A DNA stretch of 62,682 bases, filler included, from Kipferlia bialata (lineage: Eukaryota), in NCBI GenBank assembly GCA_003568945.1. It is 4 parts of 4 records of this genome, joined end to end, with 100 filler letters (N's around TTAATTAATTAA, not from the genome) between each part and the next. Parts side by side here need not be neighbours in the genome. Positions count along the whole stretch, not along the records: positions 1 to 15,611 come from BDIP01000683.1; 3 more parts are not named here. The stretch is one strand, 5' to 3'. Below are positions 1-14,117 of this stretch, in pieces. The number at the start of each line of letters is the position of its first letter. Positions within the stretch are counted from its first letter, which is position 1. A model generated the notes under the pieces. That model saw only the letters and a list, made by a program, of their open reading frames with translations, had not been told where the DNA came from and did not search any database. The position numbers were made by a program, and so were the translations under genes.

Positions 1-22
1 AATATGTATTCCTATATGCCAC

Positions 23-133
23 ACTGGTGACCCGGAGGGTCACGCCGCACTAGTAATACAAACTGACAGAAGAGAGAGAGGCAGAGAGGACCCACCCTTC
101 AGGGGCAGCAGACCTCTTGGCTCTGGGTGGCAT
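23..133 (-). CDS. possible 5' end of a hypothetical gene (two short exons), truncated by the window start
   Basis: ATG at 133-131; exon 133-97 (MPPRAKRSAAPE) ends at a GT donor; exon 49-23 (VRRDPPGHQ) is flanked by AG/GT and in frame. Confidence 0.3.
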
Positions 134-596
134 GTGTGGACTGCACTGTAGGTAGAGAGGCCTCCAGGGAAAGAGCCTTGAGGCCATCAATCCAAGAGGG
201 TACACTTAGTAAGAGGCAATATGGCAAGAAATTGTCAACCCCTCCAACAATTGTTGCACAGATACTTGCAATCACTGATGAACTATATTGTTTGTTTCTG
301 AATATCTATTGTTCCTGGAGTGGGCCATACATATTGCGGCCTCCCACTAGGACACACAACCAGGTGCTATCAAGATATCAGTAGCTGAGTGGGCCTCTTA
401 ACACTGATGAGTAGTTTGTGCCTCTAAGCACCAATGGCTTAGTAATTGATTGCCTCTAATCAATCAATAGCCCTGTAGATAAATACCCCTCCCCCCCCCT
501 CATCCTCTGGACAGGGTCACTGGCTCACTACGACACATATTATCCAAGTGCTCTCAAGACCTTAGTAGCTGAGTGCTCCTCTAATCAATCAATGGC

Positions 597-2715
597 CTAG
601 TAGTTGATTGCCCCCTCCCTCATCCACTGCACAGGGTCACTGGCATAGGCTACATACTTGGAGGCCTGGAGTAAGGATATACATAGAGAGAAATACAGAC
701 TCATATACTTGGAGGCCTGGGGTGAGTAGTATATAATTGAAGTGAGAATCGATATAAATGCTAGAGACTCAAATACTTGGAGACCTGGGGGGAGAATTTA
801 GTTGAAGAAACAGAGAGAAGAATCGGTAGGTACATCGTTAAGACTTGGAGACATAGGGTAAGTCATAACTATAGCATATACGTACCGCCTCTGTCATCTG
901 GGGTGCCTTCTCGTTGAGGCACACCCCTGCATGGGTGGGCAGGATACCCAGCCTGACTAGGTACTTGTGGACAGTCTGAAGAGTAAGCAGTGGTATACTA
1001 CACGATGGGACATATGCGACGGGACTAAACACAACTAAGGCAGTAGTATTCTACGCGATGAGACATAAGATACGCGATAATACCTGCGGCAGGTTCTTGT
1101 GGATGTCTGGGTGCACTGCCGCGTCTGCGGTGTGTCTGGAGCAGTAGTTGAAGATGCGGCCCAGCTGTTGGAGCTCGAGGGAGTTGCACTTGATGCATCT
1201 GAAGTCAGCCATGGTTATACATTGTTTCACACACACATATGAATATATATGGATGATTCATATTGAAGCTCGAGGGAGTTGCACTTGATGCATCTGAAGT
1301 AAGACAAAGAAGAGAGAAGAAACCTAGTGTGTCATGTCAGTTTCTAACACTGATACTGAGTTGCACTTGATGCATCTGAGGTCAGCCATGGTGTATATAC
1401 ATTGTATCATACACATATATATATATATGGATTCTATACTATATATGAATGTAATATATTGTATCATATTGAATCTATAGGGAGTTTCTATCTCTACCTT
1501 TCCCCCCTCTTCGTGTCACACTGTGACGCGGCTAGCCTGTGCAGCCCCCCAGCCAGGTCGTTGACGTCCCAGGGAGGTACATCAGCGTTAAGTGCCAGTG
1601 ACACATCCAACACACAGGAAGCCGCAGTGCGGTAGAGACCGTGTACATAGACCATACCCACGTTGGTGCCTGAAGTTAGTTCGGTTACGCGATTCACTAG
1701 ATATTGCTACACGATGACTCTACCTGGCTGACCAGGGGTGGACAAGAGGTCTGTGTCCATGAGCATGAAGAACCTCTCTCCCTCAAGGACGTGCTGGACG
1801 AACCTAGCGTTGGAGTACTCGGTTAGAGTATACACAATAGAGGAGACTCACCTCCATATCGACAACACTTTCACCAGTGCAGTAGAGTATGTAACTATTC
1901 ACTACTGATAGGCTGAATACCACATATACAGTATATGTATACTCACATCATCTGTAGAGTGTCCCCCACGTTGATCAGTCCCCTCATTAGTATACAAATA
2001 CTATATATATATACATACATATAGTAAGTAATACTACATACACTCACATCATCTGCAGCGTGTCCCCCACATTGATCAGTCCCCTCATGGCAGCCCGTCT
2101 CTGCTGCACAGCCATGCCCAGACACTGCACTAGACGGCCCTGGTATTAATAGGTGTATAGTATATATAGTGAATATATATATATAGTATGTATACAGTAT
2201 ATACTGTCTCTGCTGCACAGCCATGCCCAGACACTGCACTAGGCGGCCCTGGTATTAATAGGTGTATAGTATATATAGTGTATATATATAGATGGTATGT
2301 ATATAGTATATATTGTCTCTGCTGCAGCCATGCCCAGACACTGAACCAGTCTGCCCTAGGGGTGAGACTGGTAGATATATAAGCATGTATATATAGGAAT
2401 TCACATATCTATAGTACAGCAGCCATGCCCAGACACTGCACTAGACGGCCCTGCTGTTAGAAGGTGTATAGTACATAGTATATATACAGTATAACACTCT
2501 CTCTCTATGTATATTGATACTAAATGTAAAGAGTTATGCCCAGACACTGCACCAGTCTGCTCTGGCAATAGAAGGAGTCCTATATACATATAGATACATC
2601 AACATACTCGATATATATAGACTACTAGGTACACGTACACTACCCATGGTCATGGTCTTGACCAGACTAGATATACAAATGTATATACTAGATACATGTA
2701 TATACTAGATATGAG

Positions 2716-2749
<34 letters not shown>

Positions 2750-5700
2750 ACGTACACTGCCCATAGTCATGGTCTTGATCATGTTTGGGTCTGAGCGGCC
2801 CCTCAGCGTGATGTCGCCCCATGGCACCATCTGGTACATGAGACATAGAGAAGTATGTGGTTCATGACACACATATATACACTGACATATATACTTAATA
2901 GAGAGTGATGCCACCCCAGGGAACCTTATGGTGTCAGATGCATAAGAGACAATATCAGGCCGCAAACTGATACTGATATATATATATACACTATAGAGAG
3001 TACCCACCCCATTATTCCCGATATCCGCCTTGGGCTCTATCAGCGGCATCAGGTGGGTGGGAGAGAGAGACACCATGGCCTCAGAGGCAGGGCCAGGGAG
3101 GGTGTAGGCAGCGGTGTCCAGCACCACACGCACAAACCTACGCGATCTGGATATCTGGATCTTGACTGGGGTAGTGTTGACAGGCACTGGGAAGGCTGCT
3201 GCCCCCACCCTCTTCTTGCCAAGCATGACCTGGGGTGAAGAGTATATAATATAAATAATGTATATATTCATGGTACTCATGTCCATATAGTATACTATAC
3301 CATAGTACACTATACCATAGTAGTATACCATCCTATAGTATACCATCCCACTTTGCCAAAAACGACCCGACATCAATAACACTCAGTATTATATATACAC
3401 AGTATGGTATACATAGTTCCCTAGCATAACATAGGTATATGTATGGTCAGTATCAGTATGGCGGTATGGTAACCAATGAGTAGTACATTGATAGTAATTA
3501 GTATCATATCAGTATGAATATGTGTTACCTTAACGCTGTATACATCACAGTAGTCCACCCCGACGATGGTCTTCTCGAACAGAGGCACACCCCTCTTGAT
3601 GTATGCATCCAGGGTACCAGGGAGGGTGTACTTGGGGTCCTTAATAGGAACCACGGTCGGGAGCTGGTTGGTATCCTTTACAAAGCTAAAGGTAAAGAAA
3701 ACTTAAATCACATTCAGAGTATTGAGAGTACTCGGTGTGCGATAATTACCTGTCACTGACACTTGTGGGAATGACCACCTCGAATGTCAGTCTTGTCGAC
3801 CCCTCGTGTCTGCTCCACCTAAGCTCCCTCACCCCTACCCCGACAGACTCATGGGGAGGGGGTACGTAGGGGGTGTAGGGACACACAGAGCAGGCCTCCA
3901 GACGCACGCCCTTGCGGCAGTGAACTGATGGACCTGGGGGTAAGAGGCATGTGTACATACGGGATAGTATAATTACGCGGTAGAGCACCCACCCTTGACT
4001 GGGGACTGGGCACACGCGACCTGTAGCTTGCGGCTGTATGGCGACATGACACTCTTCCTGAGACAGGTGCACAGGCTGGGATGACCACATATATGTATAC
4101 ATTGTACATCTAAGAAATACACTACAATGTATATATATATATATGTATATCTATATATAGTTATGACACTCTTCCTGAGGCAGGTGCACAGGCTGGGTGT
4201 AGGATACTCCAAGGTACTACTATAAAGCAGAAGCGCAGAAATACATATGCACTAGACACGAATCTACAACGTGTATAGAATTCTCGCCCCGTGACATGCT
4301 TCTAAATCTGTACACATACATGTGAGTTTATACATATGCATACCCCCTACCTTGCATCAAATGGCACAGGCCCCACTCCATACAGGGCATAGGACTGGAC
4401 AGAGCCTAGAGTGAATGACTGCAAGATGTATATATTCAGAAGGAGAGAGAGAGACAGGGCATACGACTGGACAGAGCCTATAGTAGGAATTATGTCTGTA
4501 TTATATATATATGTATAGAAGGAGAGAGATATGAAGAGAGGCACTCGATTGCACAGAGCCGACAGTTAGATAGAGAGGGGGAAGGGAGCAAGGTACATTA
4601 GTTGTAGCAGTGCCTACAGTAACATACATGAGATATATAGAGAGAATAGCGACAGAGGAGTGAGAGTGGTCATTGACATGCAGCATTACCTGACTTGACC
4701 ATCCAGCTGGTACTCCTGCCTGTTGTGTCCACTGTTGCAACACCTCCTAGGTGACACCCACCCTTGTCAGCACCCAGGGAGCCTGGGGGTTAGAATATCT
4801 TTGTTATACCCAGTATAGTATACTACCATACTACAAGATATATGTCACCCACCTGATATGGCCGGTGTGCCATAGTTGAACCCGTCCTGGATACTCTTCA
4901 TACCAGGGGCAAGGCCAGTGGTGGACATGAGCTGGAGGGTTAGATATAGACTCTATACTATATACTATACACTATATACTATATATATACTTTGTACTAT
5001 GCAGTGTATACTATATTCCAATATATCTATAGGCAAGGCCGGTGGTGGACATGAGCTGGGGGTGAGTCTAACTGTATTCCATACGTTCATATATACGCAT
5101 GTATATATATGTATTCATATGAGATACAATATACCTGGAACAGCCCCATTGACATGCCCTGCCCCTTCATCAGAGACTCCATGGAGGGCATATATACTAT
5201 ATACACTGTACACTATATTTACTACATACATACATATATATACATGTCTATACCTGAAACAGACCCATGGACATGCCCTCCCCCTTCATCAGGGACTCCA
5301 TAGAGGGGGCATACTTGTTGGAGGACATGTCGACATCGGGGCACAGGACACGCCTATGTATTAGTATAGAACTACACACACAAATATACGGTATAGTATA
5401 CATAAATGTAAATTGATACTGAAATTGACTTGATGCCATGTCCACATCAGGGCAGAGGACGCGTCTGGGGGTCAGGTAGAGTATACTTCTACTGCATACT
5501 ACACACACACACATGAATACCCAAAAAGTATCGAGAGTCAGTAACAATCTACTACTACACATATCACACACCTTGGTATGTACCATTGTGACATGGGATT
5601 ATATGTATAAATATGTATTATATAATATGAAAACTATATATATATATAAATATATATATATATATCTATATAAGTATGTATTTTTGATCCTAATTCCAGG

Positions 5701-7569
5701 TCCCAGAGGGATTCTCTGCGTCGACGTCTCTCCTTCTCCCCTCTCTCTATGTATACCTCATACCTACACTATTCATAGTATACAATGAAGTTTAATACCT
5801 TGGCACCATTGTGACATGGGTCAGTATGTCCCCAGACCTTAGGGCAGTCCCATCTTCGTCTCTCTCTTCTTCTGCCCAGTCCCACCCTCCCTCTCCCTCT
5901 GCATCCCTCTCCTCTCCCTCAGTGTCTAGCACCCTGACACACAGGCATATGTCCTCGCCCCCAGTCACTCTGGGGTCAGCTATGTATACAACGCTGTATC
6001 CTCTATATACTATATGTATATACACAATGCATACCGTGTGTCTACACGGTACTCTGCCATGGTGGCAACTCTCTCTCTCTTCCTCTATAACAGTCAACAT
6101 ACACATGTATATACATCTCCATACCTTGTGTCTATACCGTACTCTGCCATGGTGGCAAAGAGAGAGGGGGCAAGGTACATGCCTGAGATTAGAGAAGAAT
6201 ACAATACATGATAAGGAGAGAGAGAAAGGAGGGGGGGTAAGGTACATGCCTGGTGGATCAGAATATAGGCATTTCCAGGGAATACTATAAATGGGGAGAG
6301 AAAGAGAAAGAGGGCAACATTTATGCCAGGCAATTACTACATGAATATGAACACACACACACACACACACACAGAGAGAGAGACCCGTACCGTCGTGTGT
6401 CCCCACATGGAACAGAGGGACTAGTATATAGATAGATACTAGAGATTTAGTATATTTTCAGTATTACTCATATATACAACTATATATATAGTCTCGTACC
6501 GTCGTGTGTACCCACATGGAACAGGGGGTGCTTGGAGCCTTCAGGGGCCTGGAAGGGTGAGTCACGGTGGTGGACATAGAGGTAGTGGGAAGAGGTATCA
6601 GTATATATAGTAAAACATATATACCATTCCGCACACCGCTGCCATGAACCTGGGCATGGGTGAGACCGGGTGCATCCATATATATAGAACATTACTAGAT
6701 GTACTACTTGGTACTTCATTATATATATATTATATACAATATGCACTATAGTCTATACCTTGCCGCATACAGCTGCCATGAACCTGGGCATGGGCGAGGC
6801 CAGGTGCACTCTGTACAGTGATACCACACTCTGGCCATCGGGGATGTGGACCTGGGGGTGAGTATATAGATGCAGATGTATTCACTGTATATTCATACTA
6901 GATGAGAATACATATGTATATACAGCATTTGAATAGAGCGAGACACCACACTCTGGCCATCGGGGATGTGGACCTGGCGGTTAGGGAATTGCATAATATG
7001 TACAGATACATGTATACAACATGAGTGCAGCTATCAACGGAAACTAATACTCCGCTGTGACCTCTGTATACATGATGACAACACTTCTATATACTTCTAT
7101 GTATATTATTATATGTATACTATTATATTATTATGAAATCGAAGACTCCAAACTACACACATCACATAAATATTTACCTTTGTCTCCCCCCTCAATACCC
7201 TTCCTGTCCCGACCCTATCCTCTCCACACACAGACAAAGTATCACAGTCTAAGCCAACAGGGACTCCCAGGTAGTGGGGGGCTGGGGTTAATTCAATGCA
7301 TTGATTTTGTGTCATCAATCAATCAACTGTGTACCTTCCATTTTCCCAGGGAGCTGGGGGCTGGAGTGCCAATATATCATATACAATCAATCAATTGATA
7401 TATAGAAGTTAATGCGATGATGATATGCCTCTGATGCCATAAAGCAATAGACCCTGTACCTTCCATTGCGTCTGGTGCCTGTGCCTGGTAGAGTCCCCTC
7501 CTGCACCCAATGGCCACAAGGGCACAGAAGGTGGAGAGGCAGGGTAGGCTATGACTAGTGTGTTAGAGG

Positions 7570-7616
<47 letters not shown>

Positions 7617-8308
7617 AATGGCCACAAGGGCACAGAAGGTGGAGAGGCAGGGTAAGCTATGCCTAAAGAGTAAGAGAGAGAGAGAGAGAGATTCTTTGGC
7701 CACAAGGGTACAGAAAGGTGGATAGACAAGGTATGCTGTGCCTAATATATGAGAGGGAGGGAGAAAGAGAGATATGGCTATTCTAAAGAGCACTCACCCC
7801 ACGTTCCCATTGGATGATGCCGGGAGTGTCTTGTAGACACTTATAGTATAGGTGAAAATGTGAATATAGTATACATAGAGTATGTGTATACACTATCCCC
7901 TACCCTACATTGCCACTTGGGGATGCCGGCAGTGTCTTGTGCAGCACCTACACATATACAGAACAAATAGATATACATGATATAGACAGTATATATTACA
8001 TATTATTCACTATGCACCCACCCCACATTGCCATTGGGCGATGCCGGGAGTGTCTTGTGCAAGACACCCATCAAACACCGGTGGACATGGCCGGAGGCAG
8101 CCTCACCCTGCGGTGCTAGGGGTTAGACGACTACTACTATATACACAAGAGAGAGAGAGAGAGATAACAGGTGGACATGGCCGGAGGCAGCCTCACCATC
8201 CTGTGCTGGTATAAGAGTAGAGAGTAGAGAGAGAGAGAGAGATACCAGGTGGACATGACCTGAGGCAGCCTCACCCTGCGGTGCTAGGGGTTAGACGATT
8301 ACTACTAT

Positions 8309-8344
<36 letters not shown>

Positions 8345-8679
8345 TTAGTAGACATGGCCTGAGGCTCACCCGCCTCGGCTAGGGTTAGATATTCACTTAC
8401 CGAGAGAGAGAGGGACAGTATAAGTTGGCACAGGAGGCATATAGAAGAGAGAGAGAGCGAGAGAGACACCCACCTATATCTGTGCAGGGTGGGGGCAGTG
8501 GCACAGGGATAGGTAGGTACTAAAAATACAATGAATATATATATATATATTTATATATATATATATATATACATATAATTATATATACACCCACCGATGT
8601 CGATGCAGGGTGGTGGCAGTGGCACAGGGGTGGGTAGGTACAGTACCATATATACAATGAATATGTATACATACAATAT

Positions 8680-8714
<35 letters not shown>

Positions 8715-11700
8715 ATGCCTATACCTATGTCGATGCAGGGTGGTGGCAGTGGCACAGGGGTGGGTGTGAAGGACAGGTTGGTGTGGCCATACATGGAGGA
8801 GCCTCCGGTGAGGCCCTGGGGTCAGTGTCCAATACACAATGCTATGTTCTCTCTATATGTATAATCAATCCATATAGTCTTCAAATTACACGGATACATG
8901 GAGGAGCCGCCGGTGAGGCCCTGGGGGTTAGACACTCTCTGTCCCTCATTCTCTGAGAACACACGTAACGTAAATACACAATCTATACCTCCGACCTCTG
9001 ATCGACCCTAATGGATACCGACCTAGAATACTACACATATATACATACAGCAACATACTTCATATATGTATATAAGTGTATAAATACAATCTAAACAGTG
9101 TATACCTCCGATCTCTGGTCCATACTTCATATATGTATATTATATACTAACAGTGTATACATACCTCTGATCTCTGGTCCGTCCCTATGGATGCCGACCT
9201 GAGGATGGAGAAGGCCAGCATCTCACTGCCCCTCTGCTCTTCCTCTTCCTCACGGAGTGCCCTAGGATTAGAGTAGGACAGAAAACATGACCCTCACTCC
9301 TGTGAATGTATAAACACCACGCATACTATATATACACATTGTATCATATATGAACTACCTGACTCCAAACACGTGTGGCAGGTCCCTCACTCTCACCCCA
9401 GTGGCTGTATACATGTATATATGTACAATCAATAATATATATATGTATGTTTATATACCTCACTCCAAACACGTGTGGCAGGTCTCTCACCCTAACCCCC
9501 GTGGCTGCCCTGAGGTATCCATCCAGAGACTGGGTGGTCGTCTCGGAGGATATCCTGGAAGTTAGCGAACTGTACATATATATAGTATTTGCTGTATAAT
9601 ACATATATGCAATCATACAACCTTTCCTATATACACACTATATATACCTGTGGAGTGCCACTGCATGCATCACCGACACCCCGGACAATATGTATGTTGG
9701 ACTACACAGTATACCATATATATAATTAGCATATACTATACAATATGTATATATATATTATACCTGTGCAGTGCCACTGCGTGCATCACTGACACCCCGG
9801 GTGTCCTCAGGAAGCCAGGCACAACAACCAGGAGGTTGAGAAGGCCTGGAGCTCAGAATGATACATTTACATATATATGAATACTGAGAGTCAGAAGGAA
9901 TTACTATATGGGAATTATACAGGTTTCCTTTATACATAAATACACATACATATATATGCACACTGTACCTATGTAGTCCGCCATATTTGATGCCGTGATG
10001 TAGTCACACAATACATATATATATGTATGAATATGGAGTATTATGTATGTATGTATACCAGGAGTAGTATACATCACATACATCCTATATGTACACAATA
10101 ATATACACTCAATCATACCTATATAATCTGCCATGTTTGATGCCGTGAGGTAATACACATAGTATATACAATTAGAAGTAATGTCAGTCTCTACTCATGA
10201 ATATGCATGTATACATATATAGATGTGTGTGTGTGTATCTACCTATATATATTCTGTACCTATGTAGTCTGCCATGTTTGATGCCGTGATGTAGTCATAC
10301 ACAAACACCCTGTCCCTCTTGGCAGGGGCACCCTTGGAGGCATGGGGTGAGTATGATAGTATCACTCTCTAGATTCACCGTCTATACTATGAATATAATA
10401 ATAAAAATATATATAAAAAATACCCTTTCCCTCTTGGCAGAGGTGCGCTTGGAGGCATAAGTTGAGGAGTATAATACATGACACTTCAGACATTACACAC
10501 AGGTACAGTTCATACTAGAAACTGTATACATATACATATATACGCCCATATACCTTAGTGACTGGCGTGTCTGCATAGCAGTGCATGTGGGGGCTGAGAC
10601 TGCGCTCTAGGGGGTGAGAGGGAGTAGAGAAACACATAACACAATATATATATGTGTGTGTGATATACACCTCAAGGGTGAGCGGGATAGACACACAAGG
10701 CACACCATAAGTAACATGTGAATGTGGAAGAGGGAGGTAATATCAGACAGCAGCTAACAGACGATACCAAGACAGCAGAGACACACGCACGCATAGTTAT
10801 ACACATAAAGATACAGTACCTAACAACAACTGCAAGCAGTCCCCTGCCAGCAGTGTGATCTCCACCCTTTCAGATGTATACACTACTATATATACATACA
10901 TATATATAATTACCTAGCAACAGCTGCAGACAGTCTCCAGCCAGCAGTGTGATCTCCACCCTTTCAGATGTCAAGATATATGTACTACTCTACCTATCTG
11001 TCTTCATGTATATACATGTGAGTATACCTAGCAAACACTGGAGACAATCCCCAGCCAGCAGTGTGATTTCCACCCTGCCAGAGGTCAAGATATACACACT
11101 ACTCTATCTATCTATATACATATATATGGTGCAGCTACCTAGTAAGAGCTGTAAGCAGTCCCCAGCGAGCAGTGTGATCTCCACCCTTTCAGATGTCATT
11201 GCAGTGCCCAGGCACTTAAGCCAGGACACAAAGATGGACTAGGATTAGAAGCAAGTACATACATATATACAGAGAGAGAGAGAGAGAGAGAGGAAGGTGT
11301 CATGGCAGTGCCCAGACACTTCAACCAGGACACAAAGATGGACTAGTGTTAGACGTATAGATGTATATGACAAGTTAGAGTCCCACCTCAGCACACTCGA
11401 GGTCTACTATGAGGGATCAGCATCAGTATCTAGGTATATATTATATATTACATACCTCACACTCGAGGTCTGATCTCAGTTTGTGGCTGTCAGTCTTGGA
11501 GGGATAGCCTGGGGGGTGAGACATCAAAGATATTCATGTGTCATAATATGCTGTCCCAAGTCCTCACTCTCTATCTTTCTCCACATATATAGTAATTATA
11601 TATAGAGACACAACAGACATACCTAGGATGGGCTGTGTGCCGTAGTGTGCTGTCCAGAGGGGACCAGTCTCTCTATCTCTCTCTCTCTATTAGCTAATAT

Positions 11701-13451
11701 ATATATATATATACGTATACACATACCAAGGATTGGCTGTGTCCCATAGTGCGCTGTCCAGAGGGGACGGCATGTGAGGGGGCTGTCCAGACACTCCCTG
11801 AGGGTGAGGGTATATCATATATACATATATACACTATTAGTATATAAACACAATAAATATATACATATATTATATAGGTTCGCGAGAGGGCTGTCCAGAC
11901 ACTGTCTGTGGTAGGTGCTACTAGATACATTTAATAGACAGATCAGAAAGTATGTTCTTACATACCATATACCCCAAACTAACTAATTGTACCTATAGTC
12001 CCCTAATCTGTACATGGCTGGCCACTGCATATACATGTATATATATATGTACACACTAATCTTATACTAATTATTCACAATACCCTACCTATAATCCCCC
12101 ACTCTATACATGGTTGGGTTGGCCACGGCATGATCCACTTACACAACACACACACACACATATATATACACATATATATCATATAGTACACATACAATGA
12201 CATACCTATAGTCCCCCACCCTGTACATGGTTGGGTTGGCCACGGCATACTCATCGGGGGCACCGGTGTAGGAGCCGTCAACCACATAGTCAAGCTGCCT
12301 AAGGTTAAGAGTATTACACATATATATATATATACATATATAGAGAGAGAGAGGTAGATGTAAATGTACTGATACCATCAACCACATAGTCAAGCTGTCT
12401 AAGGGTGAACATAGTAGGTATTATATACAGTGTATATATTATATACAGTGTTTGGAATTAGGTCAGATTGGAATGATGCACACAGACGACCTGTCAAAGG
12501 GAGAGTATAGCTGACATACGATATCGCATATTGGAAGCATAGATACTGTGACAACACATCGCATAGTCAAACTGTCTGAGGAGTGAGAGAGAGAGAGAGA
12601 GAGAGAGATAGTCAAACTGTCTGAGGAGTGAGACTGTGATACACACCAATGGTAAAAGAGTGGTAAAAGAGTGGTAAATAGTGATTAAACATACTTCTCC
12701 AATGTCTTCCCGTCCATGCATATCCCCAGTCCCCTCTGGATCAGAGCCTTGGCACACACCCTCAGCTCCTTGCCAAGGGCCGGCATGGACTGGGGTGAGG
12801 TATACAACATAGCAGCTATATATAGTACATGGACTAGAGAGAGAGAGAGATCAGCATACCTTGATGGAGGGTCTGCCGGAGTGGTTGGTCTGGGTCCCGG
12901 TCGAGGCCTAGGGTGACAATGGATATGTGTGTATAATATATACAATATAATATATGTATAGTATAGAGTAATGTGAGACATGTATGCACCATGACGATGG
13001 GAGCAGCAATTGTACCTCATATACATGAGAGATACTACTAGACCAATACTGATACACCTGGTACCGCGCCAAGATACATGTATATATATATATATATACT
13101 TATACATATTCATATATAACTATAGACATTTACCTGGTACCGCGCCAAGTGGACGTCTGTTCTAGAACGGGCACAGCACTGGGAGTTAGAGAAGAGATTC
13201 ACACATTCACCCTAAGAAATACATATATATATGATACCCCCATTACCTTGTTATAGTTGTGTGGCCCTGTCTCTGCCCACAACTGTAGCACAGGCAGTAG
13301 ACAGCATCTCTCTCTCTCTCTCTCCCATAATACATATACAAATATCCATATACCCTACCTTATTGAAGTTCACCGGTCCTGTCTCTGCCCACAGCTGTAG
13401 CACAGGCAGTAACTGCTGGGCGGTGGCCATGCCCATCCTGAAGAGTAAGTG

Positions 13452-13486
<35 letters not shown>

Positions 13487-13495
13487 CAATGAATG

Positions 13496-13543
<48 letters not shown>

Positions 13544-14079
13544 ACTGTTGGGCGGTGGCCATGCCCATCCTTATTGTCAATAAGGAAGAAAGAGTGATAG
13601 CTTGATATATGAACAAATAGAGAGAGAGCGCTCATTTCCGTAAGAGTACATATATTCATCTCGTATGGGGAGTGGCCATGCCCATTCAGGGGGTTAGAGA
13701 AGGAAAGAAACATCGGATACTCATATATAGTACAGTCCAGTATGCACATGCTGTACCTAACAGCAGGTACAGATGGTAGCTCCACCGGTGAGTACTGGGT
13801 GTGTGGCACAGGGGGGGTGTCGGGCAGGACACGGGCATTATCAGGGCCATAGGTCAGAGACTCGATCTGAGGGGTTAGATGTGAATGATACGATTCATAT
13901 ATATATAGAGAGAGAGAGAGAGGGAGAGAGAGAGAGAGTCTATAAGGACACGGGCGCCATTAGAGAAAGTCAGGGACTCAATCTAGAAGTTAGATAGAAA
14001 TACCTATTCATACATAGAGAGAGAGAACTAGAGTATAATAGAGGCGTACCTCCTCCACCAGCTTCCGGCAGGTGTTCCC

Positions 14080-14117
<38 letters not shown>

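Noticed and set aside
1083..1198. CIKC...YCS...HK as a MYND zinc finger
   Set aside because: Most ligands are missing, and the segment fits the pre-finger region of the DUF4470-like family better.
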